Source: Styela clava (Eukaryota). From it: a DNA stretch of 64,000 nucleotides. Below the pieces are notes generated by a model that worked only from the letters and a program-made list of their open reading frames with translations, was not told the DNA's origin and ran no database searches. This document shows positions 27,201-40,442 of the stretch, piece after piece. A program made the position numbers and the translations under genes. The stretch covers positions 5,208,001-5,272,000 of the forward strand of contig NC_135253.1 of NCBI RefSeq assembly GCF_964204865.1, in the 5' to 3' direction. How positions within the stretch are numbered: position 1 is the stretch's first letter; the number at the start of each line of letters is the position of its first letter.

Positions 27201-30200
27201 TTTTTCACCAAGCATCATTTTTCTCCTCCTGTTATAATTTGATCAAGAAAAATAATGGTATAAATGTTAGAATGATAACATTGATAGAATATAGAATTGG
27301 AAAATCCAGTAATCGAGATTCGAGGCAAACAAAATTCAAGTTTAGCTACCAGGAATTTCATTGTTAACTGACATATGTGTGAATCATTAAAGCTTATTTA
27401 ATGCAATCTGACATATTTGACACAAGGACATAGCTCTTTTGCTGCTTGGTTCTTCCCCCTGTGCCCTTTCAGTTTTTGCTCAGGACCTGCGACCTTGCTC
27501 TGAGCAAACTTTAGAATAAAAAATTACAAACAAATTGATTGCATATTCCATGAGTAAATGCATATGTTTGTACTGATCCCTTCAATACAGTAACTTGTTA
27601 ATTGAAATCTAGTCCATCTGTCATTGGCTATCTGAGAAGACAAACCAAAAAGTATTATTTCTATCAAGCAATAAATATCTTGCAACCAGCTAGACTTACT
27701 TTTTCAATTCTTCCTTCATGGAATGAAGTTGACGTAGGAGTTCCGAACATTGATCTCTACATTGGCGTGTTCGTTCAGCGTTCAATTCCATGTACCTAAG
27801 AACAGTTCGAATAGATTTACTCGAAATCTCGAATTACAAACTTGAATATCGGTGACCAGAAATCTATTTGGACATTTGAAGTTAAAATTCTGAACACAAA
27901 GATACATTTACAGAGAAGCATAAAATCATGCGCAGTTCGTCAACTATGCAGAAATGGGAAAATATTTCAAGTTGGAATTCTGTACAGTCGATCTCACCCG
28001 GGGGGTGTATTTAAATTGATGACGGGTATAGTCTTTCCCGCGGCCTTATCTTGAGCAAAGAAATGAAATTCCTCACATAAAATAATTTCATAAATCAAAT
28101 CTTAGAAAAACTCCAAATATGGATTATGATAAGAAAATGAAATACCTAACATAAAATAAGCCATTAATCAAATCTCAGAAAAACCCCAAATATGGATTAT
28201 AATGAGAAAATAAATAAAAATAGAACAACATACCGGTCCATGTACAGAATATTAGGAAAATCAAATCCACTGTGAATTTTCTCAGGAGCTTTTGAATGTT
28301 GATTGTAGTGAAAACGAGATAGTTCGAATATTAACACTGGTGGCAATTTTGTAAACCAATGCTGACAAAGAAACATTGAATTCAATTAGTAAAATCAACA
28401 CCACTATTATTTCTGTAGTTGTCTATAACTAAGCAATACATATGTAAGCTAACATTGACAAATAGGTACTTGAATTATAAGCAGCTCTGTACTTATAAGA
28501 ATAATCTTTTACACAGCGCATATTCACACTCCAAACAAGGCCTATACCACATCGATATTTAATAACCATATGTAAGGCCAGTAAGGGGCGACCAATATTC
28601 GGGAGTGACAAAGTTAGTCAAACGCTAACCACCAAGCCATCGATGAAGCCAAAAAAATTAAGAATTAAATAAGATTGTGACAAAGTCATTGAAATAAGAG
28701 GGTATTTATTCTATATTAAAAACCAGGTTTCTATTTTTCCTAATACACATATTTATCCCTTGTAAGTTTTATTGCAGAATTTTAAAGCAAGACGCATCAA
28801 TTGTGCCAAGGGAAAAAAAATAGGATCGACTAAACATAACCAATCAAAAAGGCAAGGCTGTTTAGCGTGTAGTCAGAAAAGAAACAAATTCAACTAAAGA
28901 CTCCAGTTCTTAACGCCTAAATTTTCGGGTGATACAATTTTTTAGCTTCTGCTGACAGCTTCAGCTCTTGCTTCAATTATAGATAATTAAAAAAATTAGA
29001 ATCCAGCATCAGCTCAAAGTCATAATACTTATAACCGAACAAACCTCTTGTCCGATATGATTTCTTTCACCAATGCTTGATGAATCATGATGCATACGAT
29101 CTCGTGTTGTAAATTCCAGGCTATCATGCAGGTTACTGACACCATCAACATACAGTGGAAATAAACCAAACTTTTGAGGTTTTGTGAAGCTGTTACCTGT
29201 AATGAGAAGCATACAATGATATATCACCATTTCATTATTGTAACGGTACAATATCACCATGAAAACCTACAGAAAAATATAAAAAGTACCGGTAAATAAT
29301 TTTGATTCTCGAATATATTTCTAAGGAATATGTCAAAAAATTAGGTGAAAACCAATTACCTATTACAATTTTGATTCCCAAAATTTTTTATAATATCTAC
29401 AGACTTGATTATCAGAATAAATACTTGATCGAAAAGTTGAATGATATATGATATTTTGCAGAGACACAATGTGGAAACAAATCAAGATACTCCCAATTCA
29501 TATAGAATATTCTCTTATTTATTACTGGTACATATACTTATACAGTACCAATATAAAATATTCAATATTTTTTTTTTCTGTAGATGTGATTGGATTAACT
29601 ATCACATATCATATATAGATTACAGTTTAAAATATTCTAAATGAAATGATCATAGATTGCACATGATTTTATGATGAAATTCCTAGCATACCATTATTTA
29701 TTCCATGAGCCTTGTATTCCCCATAAAAAAGTTCAACCATTGGATTACAATTATTTTGGGGTTGCCCCCCTGTTGCATGAGTTGCTTCTTCCGCTTGGTC
29801 AACCTCCATAGATGATGTTTCCTCTTGTATAGCAGATGAAGATGTTTCATTCTTATGTGCTAAAGCATCTTCAAGCCAATCTAATAATTTGTGCGTAAAT
29901 TCACTCACGTCTTGCTAAAATTGAAAAATATATTCCATGTTAAATCAAATTTAAACCAATGTGGAATGAATTGATAAGAATTTAGGAAGAAAACATTGAG
30001 GACATGACAAGGACATTGACATAAAAATTTTAAAAAAAATTTCTTTAATTTGATTTAAAATTATTTGATACACTTAGGTATAAATAATACAATTACACAG
30101 AGAAGTAATGATTCATTTTAAATTTGGCAAATACTGTACAGTGATTACGCTGAAAAATCGATTTATTTACTAAACCAAAATGATTTTCCTATAAAGGCCT

Positions 30201-33200
30201 TAAAGGGCATAAGGAACATGTGATTATATTTATACCAGGGTTTCTCGAACTGGGCCATTGGCTCCTCTAGGGGGCCACGAGGCTTTTCAATGGGGAAAAG
30301 ACTTTCATTAGGTTCCATTCATGAAGACCATAATTAATATAAAATAAATTGATTGTGATTCGTCAGAAAATATGTTAACGACAAACTAGTTATTTTCATC
30401 GAAGAGCAGGGGGGCACAAGAGTTGAGGGTCTTCGGAAGAGAGGCATGGGTCATAAAAGTTTGACAACCACTGATACAAACACTAAATCAGACAGCGAGC
30501 AATAAACTTACCTGTTGACTGTTTTCATCAAATCCAGATTTTAACAATAAAACACAATTACTTGGATCAATAAAACTTTGATTTGATCCAATAAGAAGTG
30601 CAAAGAGCTTCTTCAATTCTTCCATGAAACAAACATTTCTATATCTCTAAAATGAAAAAATATATATATATATAAAGCAGGGAATTGTTACCCAAAATAA
30701 TATGGCTTCAAAAGCCATATTATATACAAACCCAATATATATATATGAAGCATATACTGTTACCAAATATAGGATAGGATTTATATATGAGGAGCCATGG
30801 CCTCTTGTTAATTACCATTCCATGTCGGGTATGGGATTAATTAGTTATTTGTTTTTCGGAAGCACAGACTCAATGGTGGAGGCAGCCGTAACCGACCAGC
30901 AGTTACGTGAACCACCCTACAACAGAGTCTAGCAATCTTCTTACACGTAACCATCCCTGCATGGGATTTTAACCAGTGAACCCACGCAGAGTAATCAGAG
31001 GTGCGGTGGCAAGCGTATTCCTAACGCTTAGCACAATGAATCACACCGCCGCGCCTGGCTTTAACAACAATATTCAAAAAATCAAATGATCTTAATTAAA
31101 TTATTTATTCACTAAAGTTATATCACCCACATAAAAATAAGGTTTGCCAAATTTTCGAAGCACAAGTTTGGCATACCACAGCTCAAATAACTCGACTATA
31201 TTTATCACCATATTGAAATAACTCAGACTGTGGGTACTAAGAATAAGAGACTACAAAGAGATCGGGTACAGGTATTCCCAATAAAAATTTAAGAGACTGA
31301 AGCACAAAAAGAGACTTGGAAAACAGGAGTAGTAGCAATGGTACTATCAATCATTAAAACTTTATGGGGACTTGACATTCACTGTAGGCTTCAAATTCAG
31401 GGACAGATATTTGGAAAGAGGGAGAGCAATAAATTACATCAAAGAAATAAAAATGAATATTTTGGTCTAACCAATTTCCATGTTGATATTTTGAAAAAGT
31501 TTTATTTAGAAATATTACAAAGAAATATGGGCTATCTAAACAGGTATCATACCATAGTTTTAAGCAATATACACCAAAGTAAAAAAAGTTGCAGAATATT
31601 GAAATGAAAAATTTATTTTTTCTCATTTTCTCAAAGTAGCATTTTCAAGTTTCACCTGTTTGGGTTATAGCCCTCTTTTTGTAGATTACTCTCCTTTTGA
31701 AAGTGAAATAATGCTTTACTTACCGCTGAGTCAGGTGATGGCAATTCAGATGAGGATTGATAATGAAGTACCAGGTTTCGAAATATAGGTAAATTGAATA
31801 GTGACTGAATAACTGCACTAAACCAACATGTATTTCCAACGTTTTTTAATCCAGCTGGCCATTCTGGTGCTTAAATAAAAAAAATTGTATGATTAGAATA
31901 GCAACAAAACTTGGAATATATTAAGTATATTACTGTATATAGACATCAGAAAAGTTTTTATGTTATGCAAGTTAAAAAATTAAGGCTCAAATTTAGAAAT
32001 TATTGCTAATGGGAATAAGTCTATTGAGCAATTACTTATTTGCTTCAAAAATGTAAGTGTCTGCATTATCAATACTAATCAGTAATCAGTATAACAGAGA
32101 TGGGATATATGTTCAATACGTTACTGACCTAAAACACGGTTGTGCAACATGTACCCATCACTAGTATATTAGCAATTTGGGACTGCTAGTTATACTAGCA
32201 CAGTAGACATGAAAATTAAATAACAAAATATAGTTTTTTTCATTTTCAAATAAGCTAAAAGCAAGCCAAACGTTTCAAAAAGAAGCCACCTGGATAAAAA
32301 AAATAAATTCTTAACAATAGAAAAAAATGGCTAAAACTAGTATATGTCAGAAACATAACATTGACCATTGCTTGGTCCATGACCTAATATACCTCAATGA
32401 GTAACAAAAATTTTGAGAAATTAAAATCAGACAATCGACAATATATTTTTGCTGCATCTCAATAAATTGGAAGGACATTTCCAGTTATAACTAATGATAC
32501 AGCAGTATTTTTTCCTAAATAAAAAACATTTCAGAAATGTCAGTTTTATTAGGATAGATGCAAAGATGAATAACTAATAAAAAAAACTCACATTTTCTTC
32601 TTCTCTTTGATGGATCAGAAGTGGACTTCAAACCTTTCATGTTGCTTGGAGGAATTGTATTTGACAAATTTACTCCACTGGTTGAAGGGACATCTTTGGA
32701 ACTACTGGGGAATGAAATATAAATTACTTATCAAGGGATGTCCAAATATATTGAATCGATGCAAATTACATACATTTGATATTTGAAAAATTATCAATTT
32801 TAAATACTGGTTACCGTATGCTCCTATGAGTAACCAGAAGAAGACATGGAATTAAAAAATAAAATCACGATGAACATACCCTGATGCTGTTGATTCTAAC
32901 GTTCCACTACACTCCATGCTTAATTTTATGGCTCTCTGTAGTTCAGCATCTTCGGAGTTAAGAATTGATCCCGTCAAATCAATAACTGGATCTAAAAAAC
33001 AAATTTTCAAAAAATCAATTAAATTCTTGGCTAACATACCTAAACGCCAGGAAAGGTTTCATCGATCCACTGCTTGTTACATTTTGTTAGGGTTTAGATA
33101 AGCGGTGTGCAAACTAGGCCTGCGGGCCAATTGCAGCCCACAAGGAAAAATTGTGAAGCCCGCAGAAAAGTGCCAATTTTGAAGGGTGTGCGGCCCGCGA

Positions 33201-36200
33201 AGCGAATCAGGTATATGCGAGTATTTCCAATCCCTTTGCGTTGCAAAGCCTATACCAATTTAAATTTTGCTTTTGATGCTTTTGACATTACAATGACCCA
33301 ACAGCTAGCTTGGGCAAAGCGAACATCGCATATCATTAGATTAATAACCAAAATTTTTGAGCCTGCAACTACTGGAAAGTGGAAAGCCGATGTTGCGCAT
33401 CCCTAGTTTAGATAGAGCATGATCCATTTATATGCCAGGTGTCAGTTTTGACTTCTCAGTTCTCACCATACATTACATAACTATTGGGTCATGGCATATG
33501 TCCCAAACCACGCAGTTCACGCATCTGTCTGAAGTCAAAGGCTAAACATTAAAAGTCATCTTAATGGCTTTTTTGTTCAATAGGTATAAATATGAAATCT
33601 ATCATAATCGCATTACAATTCAAGTATAGAATCAAACCATGATCAAAATTACTAAAAATCATATTCAACTTCTGAATTGAAATTTAAAAGAAAATGTAAT
33701 TTTCCAGGACTTGATTTAGGATTAATCATTACAAAATTGTTTGAGAACTTGTTCAACAGTATAAGAAACACTTGATATATGAATACCTTTCTCGATGGTC
33801 ACACCAGGTATGAAATCCTCAACAGATCTCTGCACAACGTCAGCTGATGACATTTCTCACTTCTACCTCCTGACTAACACTTTCAGACTAATATTCAATA
33901 AATAGGACTGCTGAAATTGCCAAACTAAATTAATGTTATGAACAATTTATTGGATACAACTGTAAAAAGTGATAAAGTAAATTTACAAAAAACATGAATT
34001 AAATATAAATAAATATTTATGATAAAACTCATTTATCCTGTTCACAGGATTCATTTACGGTTTAGGCAGTACATTATTTATAGCCTATCTAAAGTTACCC
34101 TTTTCTTAAACAGTCAAATACATGTAAGCTTTCAGCAAATTTCATAAGGAAATGTACAAATAATCATTCTTTTACTTATTTACTAAACTGTAAAATGGAA
34201 AAATTTCTGTTTATAATATTATTAATAATAGTTATCATCTTTTCTATACTTCTTATCATCGTACATACGCAAGCATATTGCGCCAGTAAATCAGTCTCTA
34301 CCAAACCAAACTGCTCTATCTATATTCTGACAGTACTGAGTAATGACGCAGAAGCGGCGCATTCCTTTAGTGAGGTAAGGAATTAAATTCAGAAACAATT
34401 CCCATGTGTCTCAAATTGACTTTTTACAAAGCAGATATGCTGCAATCTCATGACAGACTACGTATGACATCACAAACAGAGAACAATTGTTGTTATCCTT
34501 CAAATTGTAGGCTACTATTTCTCTGATCAAATATAAGCTATAATGTCTTTCATATCTAAACATGTTTAAAATATCTATTTTTTTTAGAAGAAAAATAAAT
34601 AAATGACAAATTTTACTTTGACATAATGACGTTTCCATCAAAATAAATAATCTAATTCAACTTAGAAAGGGGTTAACTTAATTATATGAATTTTATGAAG
34701 ATTTAACAAAATTATTTAATTTAAAACCCAATTCTTGAACATCACTCGATTTAATGCCAAAAAAAATTAGAGCTGAAAATACAACAATAAGTTTGTATCA
34801 ATATAAAATGACGAAATTTGAGACTACTATAAATATAACTTCTATTGCAAACCATGTGACCTCCAACCCCTAAACTTGAAATCGAATGATTATTTTCTCT
34901 ACATAGACCAGGAATTACTTCAGCTAGCAGAAGACATCTTTGAAGGTGCTGAATTTTTCACTTTCTCACCCTGGAACATTTTATATGAGGTAACAAAAAT
35001 CTCACTCCTTGATAATTCCAGCTGCCTACTTCACAATTTATTTAGCCAAGTTATTACTTATCACACTAAAGAGCCTTGTGTTATCATTATTATATTTAGG
35101 ACAGTGGATATAATTATTGTGTTGGAGATGGTGAATGAAATAAAATTAATAGACTTCAAAATTGTTTGTTGATAGGAATACATATATATTGCTTCTGTCA
35201 ATGACTTGAAAATATCACCACAAAAAAATTCACTAGTTAGGCAACACATATGCACTAAAACGTCTATGTGTGTTAAAATTCACATGTTTATCCTGAGGGA
35301 GTTCTTGATCATATGGCGATAAAATTGGATTGGAATATGGAAAATGAATTAATTATCCCAATTGTTTAATAAATCACAATGTGAAGCAAGTATTTACTTC
35401 TATACATATTTAACGAAATTATTATATATTAATTATTATTATAAAATCATTTAGCATACGGTAAATGGAAATTGGTTAAAGACAGATAATAGGCTATGTC
35501 CTCCAATCATGAATAGATAAAATACACTGTGAGAAGGTTTACAATTTTATTATTATTCAATTTTATAAGGAATTTTTTTTCATTCTAATGAGAATTATAC
35601 CTACAAAGTTTCAAGTTTATGACACAATATTATTAAAAACAGACCATATTTTCTGAAATTTCATAGATAGTAAACAGAGTCAAATGGAAATACTTTGGGT
35701 CAAGTGTTATCTATTGATGAATTGAGCCATGCTATACTTGGAGATAGAATTGGAACAATAATTGATTGAGATAACTCAGAAGTATCATTCTACTCACTTC
35801 CTCCAACTCCACCAGTTTTGAGTGAGTTTCTATTCGAATTCATGCCTGTGCTATTGAAGTCCATGGGTGTTTGTGTGAGTGCTGCTACTCCAGGTCCTTT
35901 ATGGCGATTCAGAGATCGACCAGTTAAATCCGGCATGTTCTGTGGCATAAAAAATGAATTTTGCATTGGTGTTGTAAACTTGTAACATTATCATACCGCA
36001 TGGTCGAGTGGTTAATACAACTTTATGAAGCATTATGAGCAAGTATTTTATTGTTTTAATGTAGTCTTCAAAACGCCATTTGAGTGATGGTCTCTAGTGG
36101 CTACTATTGAGTAAATCTCAGACACAGTTGCTTGGACCATGAACTAAAGGTCAGATTCCATCCCCTTATGAAAAATGGGTGCTCCAGAAGTATGTGTACC

Positions 36201-39200
36201 AATATGGAGGTAACGAATTTTGTTTGCTTATTGTACATCAAGTTGTGTTCACTTGGCTAACACAAACAGTCCTCGGACTTGTAATAAAAATAAAATAAGG
36301 AAAATCAGAATAAAATTATGGCCTAACCATAAACTGGTACACATACTACGGGATTATCAAAAAATGTAACAACTGGGTAGGGTTTGACAGTAATGGAGAG
36401 TCAAAGTTGAGCATGTTTCTATTGATACTGTGGTCCGAGCTGTGGTTGGAAATTTGGACTCTCAATGGTGATGATTTCCAACATTAACTCCAAAGACAAT
36501 ATATTTTAAGGAATTAAATAATGCCAATACAGAGAAGTATTTGATAGGCTATCAATTTTTTTTTTCAGAGTTGAGGGCTGAAGTTTAAGTACAAAATTTA
36601 TTCAACCAACCTGAAGTCGAAGTCAATTTTTTTGGTCTAAAGAGAAGGGGGCTATAGTCGTTTTTGAAGTGGCTTTAAGTCTGGTGTAAATGTTTCTAAA
36701 CTTAGCAGCCAGAAGTTAGATCAATGTTACAAGAAATTTCAAACCTGGTGACTTCCTACAATTGCATTGCATTATGGGGTTAAAGAGTAAAACATCCATT
36801 TATTAATTGAAAGAATGTATAAAATACTCACTGAATTCAATTCAGAGTAATAATTGTTGATATATTCTACACCTTTCGCAATATCTCCCCTACACGCATG
36901 ATATGCTTTAGAAAGCAAGCCAATATTCTTTTCCCCAGTCAATTCTTTCAGTTGGTTGAAAAATGTTGTCCGTTTCTAAAACAATAATGAACAACGTTAT
37001 CGTTATTAATTTATTCAAGAAGATTGGCAACGGAAAACATCAAGGTTAGTGTGAAGGAGGTAAAATTATGTTTCCATTTTATTATTGTATTTAGACAAGA
37101 TATCAGAGTCCTGGGAATCACGATATAACCAGCGACGGTATAAGTTTGTATAGGATAAATATTCCTTGAATATATATTCATTAATTATGATCAAGGAATA
37201 GTTTGAATAGTATTGAATGAGGTATCCTAACAAAGTAATCCGATTATGTCCTATACAAAGCTAGGATATGATGAGATAAAATTATTCGAGAAGACAAGAC
37301 CCCATGACTGCATGAGATTAATACCAGTAATATTGAGTTATGATATAATTTTAAAAAACTCATAACTCAGCACATAAACATCTGGGTAATGAAGTTTGTC
37401 ATATCGCATTACAGCATTACAGGCCAGAATGAGGACAAACCAGCATTCTGGACTGCCACTTCAGCATTTGGTTCTGTCACTTGCTGACTCTAAATGCTTG
37501 CTCACACATAGATTCATTTATTTCTGATTTAACAGGTTGGCAGTGTGGCGCGTTGTGCTAAGCCAGGGGTCACCAAACTTTTTTGACCGCGGGCCGGGTA
37601 TGACTCAAATTGTGTTGAAACGGGCCGGATGAATATTTTTGTCAATGCAATACAATAAATTCACAAAAGTTGGGAATATCGCAGAACATAGATCGAGAAC
37701 AACCTAGGAAAACAAATTAACAAGATTTCTATATCTAGACAACTATCCTGAGGGTAGCTGTTATCAAAACGTTGCTGTCATGAATTAGAAATGTTACAAA
37801 ATCCGCGGCAAAAAATGTACGCATCACGTCTACCGTTACGCCGTGTTGAAATACCGCTCATAAAAACGACTGCCTGCTGTAGCTTGGAATTCTATGAAAT
37901 TTTGACATAATTTAGATAAAATAAACAACTATTATCTGGTATTTGAATTTTTTCAATAGCGCATAAATTTCCCAACATTCGACGCTTTTAAAAATTACGC
38001 TCCAGTTATACGTAGTGCAAATAATGATATTGTCTACGGACACCAATACAATTTATATGGACGTGTGTATTTCTTGTCTAACTTGATACTTACCAATTTT
38101 TATGAAGTTCGTACAATCAGAACATCGTTAATTATTACCCACAATGAACCACTGTCAAACTATCATGCACAACTCCAGCGTTTATTTGCGACGATCTTTC
38201 GGCGGTGTCAATGACCGTTGCCAGAATAAAATCCTGAAATAGTCTCAATATACCATAGATGTGACGCACATCGAAAGATTAGTGATTGATATGTGTTATT
38301 TTTCCATATTTAGTTCAGTTCTTATCAAAAAAGTAATAGGATCCTTATGGAAAAAATTGGCTGTCGGGCGGTACTAAAATTCCGATATCTCCGTTATTTC
38401 TTGACTGTTTATTCCAAACTTGGTATTGTTTTCTATTTTTACTCAAATCTTTCCACTGGAGCAGTTTTTATTTAAATCGGATGAACTTCAATTTTTTTGT
38501 AACATACCTACATGAATATCCGCATTAAAGCGGTACAAAAGTTAGTGTGGCTTTTGAAATTGGAGCAGTACGCGAGGGATTACAGTACTGTTAGCACAAA
38601 ATGCACATTCGACGTTTATTTTAGCACGAAAAACAAACAGTTTCGTCGAAAGCAAGCGCCACGAGTGTACAAGTGTATCGCAGAAAACGTTACGTACTGG
38701 TAGCATTCAAAGTCGCAAAAACGAAGTTTTGTTTACAACCACGACTGAAAATCTGTCAGAGTGACAAAAGTGTCTGAGCGGATGCGGAAAGGCCTATTAT
38801 TACGTCACTTTTCTGCATCTTGCCGATTGGCCAATGTTACAAAATAAACAAGGACGACGATGCTCGTGAAAATCTTCCTTGGAAAAAATTTAGCCATTTT
38901 TGCGTGTTATTGCGGACCGGATAAAATGACGCCGCGGGCCGGATAAAATGACGTCGCGGGCCGGATCCGGCCCGCGGGCCGTAGTTTGGTGACCCCTGTG
39001 CTAAGCGATAGGAATACGCACAGCACCGACCTTTGATTACTATAAATGGGTTCGCAGGCTCGAATCCCATGTGCAAGAGGATTGCTGGACTCCTCCACGC
39101 CCTACTGCCCCACAGCCCCAAGATGGTTCCTGTAATCCAGAAACCGCAGGTTAGTTACGGTACCTACCGCCTTCCCCCACCATTAAGTCCATGCATCTGA

Positions 39201-39435
39201 AAACAAATAACTGGCTAACTAATCCCATACCGTACGTACACAACGTGAACTGTCAACCGGACGAGGAAGTGGTTCGCCATATGCAGATACAGAGATAGGC
39301 TATGACTGTATGATTATCCCCGGGATAAATATGCAAATCCTATCTTATTCTAGCAGTTTACAACATCGCTAATTGGAAGATTGGCGAATAACTTGAATAA
39401 AATCATACTTTTTCTTCCTCTGGTGCGTTAGTCAT
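18252..39435 (-). CDS. USP25: Ubiquitin carboxyl-terminal hydrolase 25/28 family (UBA, UIM, USP catalytic domain, C-terminal domain)
   Basis: Hand-traced exons 5'->3': 39409-39435, 36832-36975 (UBA: [10 protein letters not shown]), 35798-35939, 32880-32991 (VIDLTG, UIM), 32592-32704, 31724-31869 (Cys box [19 protein letters not shown]), 30512-30646, 29692-29914 ([15 protein letters not shown]), 29045-29196, 28234-28361, 27700-27795, 27121-27228, 26589-26788, 25705-25827, 24943-25122 (His box [21 protein letters not shown] spans these two), 23740-23870, 23399-23459, 22872-23002, 21759-21878, 21020-21157, 20319-20540, 19538-19718, 18252-18444. All GT-AG with compatible phases. USP25 versus USP28 cannot be resolved (likely pro-orthologue) and the exact C-terminus is uncertain. 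Confidence 0.92.
19248..19335. mobile_element. Partial GGG-TIR TTAGGG-containing MITE
   Basis: ggtactcccgtagtgtgtgtaccaggttagggttaggccataattttattccgattttcc; the same family occurs at 47395-47462. Confidence 0.65.
22033..22337. mobile_element. hAT MITE, about 305-bp family
   Basis: Homologous to 48971-49276, 45095-45380 and 61009-61310. Confidence 0.75.
23981..24300 (-). mobile_element. tRNA-derived SINE, decayed copy
   Basis: Similar to the 30769-31058 family, with a gataggat tail; another decayed copy at about 26870-27100 (+). Confidence 0.6.
30236..30473. mobile_element. hAT MITE
   Basis: Ends CAGGGTTTCTCGAACT / AGTTTGACAACCACTG; related pieces at about 10610-10678 and 55414-55588. Confidence 0.6.
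30769..31058 (-). mobile_element. tRNA-derived SINE
   Basis: A-box-like head (tgtgctaagcgttagg), B-box-like ggttaaaatccc, body shared with 38999-39347, (ATCCT)n tail. Confidence 0.75.
33100..33405. mobile_element. hAT MITE with 8-bp TSD
   Basis: Flanked by GTTTAGAT (33092-33099, 33406-33413); degenerate TIRs and GGCCCGC subterminal motifs. Confidence 0.75.
33787..33853 (-). CDS. Candidate alternative first coding exon of USP25/28 ([22 protein letters not shown])
   Basis: Acceptor aatttcag gives exon start 33910; in-frame stops precede the ATG at 33853; donor AAG|gtattc is phase 1, matching the UIM exon at 32991. Confidence 0.45.
36177..36359. mobile_element. GGG-TIR MITE with 6-bp flanking duplication AAAAAT
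   Basis: gggtgctccagaagtatg ... catactacgggattatca, with internal ggcctaacc. Confidence 0.65.
37534..39347 (+). mobile_element. tRNA-derived SINE split by a hAT element (SINE parts 37534-37563 and 38999-39347)
   Basis: Removing the insert restores tggcgcgttgtgctaagcgataggaatacgc...ggctcgaatccc (A and B boxes), as in the 30.9-kb copy. Confidence 0.8.
37564..38998. mobile_element. Non-autonomous hAT element, 1435 bp
   Basis: Perfect 16-bp TIR CAGGGGTCACCAAACT and perfect 8-bp TSD TGCTAAGC (37556-37563, 38999-39006). Confidence 0.92.
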
Positions 39436-40000
39436 AACCGGAACTTAGAAGTCTTCAAAATTGACACCATTCCTCTCAGCACACACACTACTGCACTACC
39501 GCTCAAAAAACCCTATCCCTTGGTCGTGCTTGGGCTGCATCCGAGCTGCAAGGCGTCAGATCGATTCAGGACTTCGAAGTGGTGCCGGAGCCAGTTAGAA
39601 AAAATTGATTTTCAAAAATTTTGTTTCAGTCTTTATATTTATGTTGCAGGAAAAGAAAAAAATTGACAGGGATAATTTATGTTTATCGTTTTAATCGTTT
39701 GAGATTCTGAATTGTACTAAAGCATAACTGGTCGACGGATAGGAGAACTTTTCATTTTCCTTAGTCATAAAAATGTGTAGTATGTGTAGCGTATTTACAT
39801 TTCAGTAATATATAATTTAAAGGGTGGTTCGACAAAAGTTTGATAATTTCCGGGTTAGAAAAATAACACAATGTTACACTATAATTTTAATATTGTTAAA
39901 GATTTATATCTATTAAGGACATACTTCGTATATTTTTCGTATTTTAGATATATATACTTGTCCTCATTCAACTTACCAATTGTATGATGATAACAGGTTA

Positions 40001-40442
40001 TTGGACACGTTTAGTGGCCATAACGATCGTTTCAATATTATGTTGTTGTTGTTGTTGTTGTTGTTGTCGTTCTTTGACACGTTTTTAAAAAGTCGCTTTT
40101 CTCTTCGAATACTGGACCAATTGCTTTGAAATTTTCAGTGGTTAAAGATTAATTTTTTCGCTAGAAGGCTATTACTTTTATTTATTTCAAAATTTTGCGT
40201 GAATTCTATGAAATTTGATATTTCGTTCAAAATTTTGCTGTATTATTTTTTATCCATGGGAACACGGATTTTAGTCAGTGTCGTGACTGGCTGTACGTTT
40301 TGATTCTGCAAAATTCTTGCTACTGGAAATTCAGAACTTTTCTGAGGGTACCGGTACCGGTACCGGTAGCGTCAAAGGTACCGGTAAGGACTGATTCGCT
40401 CTGTTCTAACGTGTCCATATATTTGTGCGTAGCTCTCTTGTT
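40001..40442 (+). mobile_element. HINE-like element, family 2
   Basis: TT-GGACACGT ... (GTT)n ... ACGTGTCCA ... agctctcttgTT; core tcttcgaatactggaccaattgc shared with 41718-41943 and 50794-51036. Confidence 0.7.

Noticed and set aside
34876-35172. 98-aa plus-strand ORF antisense within USP25/28
   Set aside because: No recognisable domain and no partner exons found.
37421-37489. 69-nt phase 0-0 open segment ([23 protein letters not shown]) in USP25/28 intron 1
   Set aside because: Weak polypyrimidine tract and no recognisable homology; unsupported without RNA data.
38999-39075. tRNA gene suggested by A/B boxes
   Set aside because: No cloverleaf; it is the head of a multi-copy SINE.
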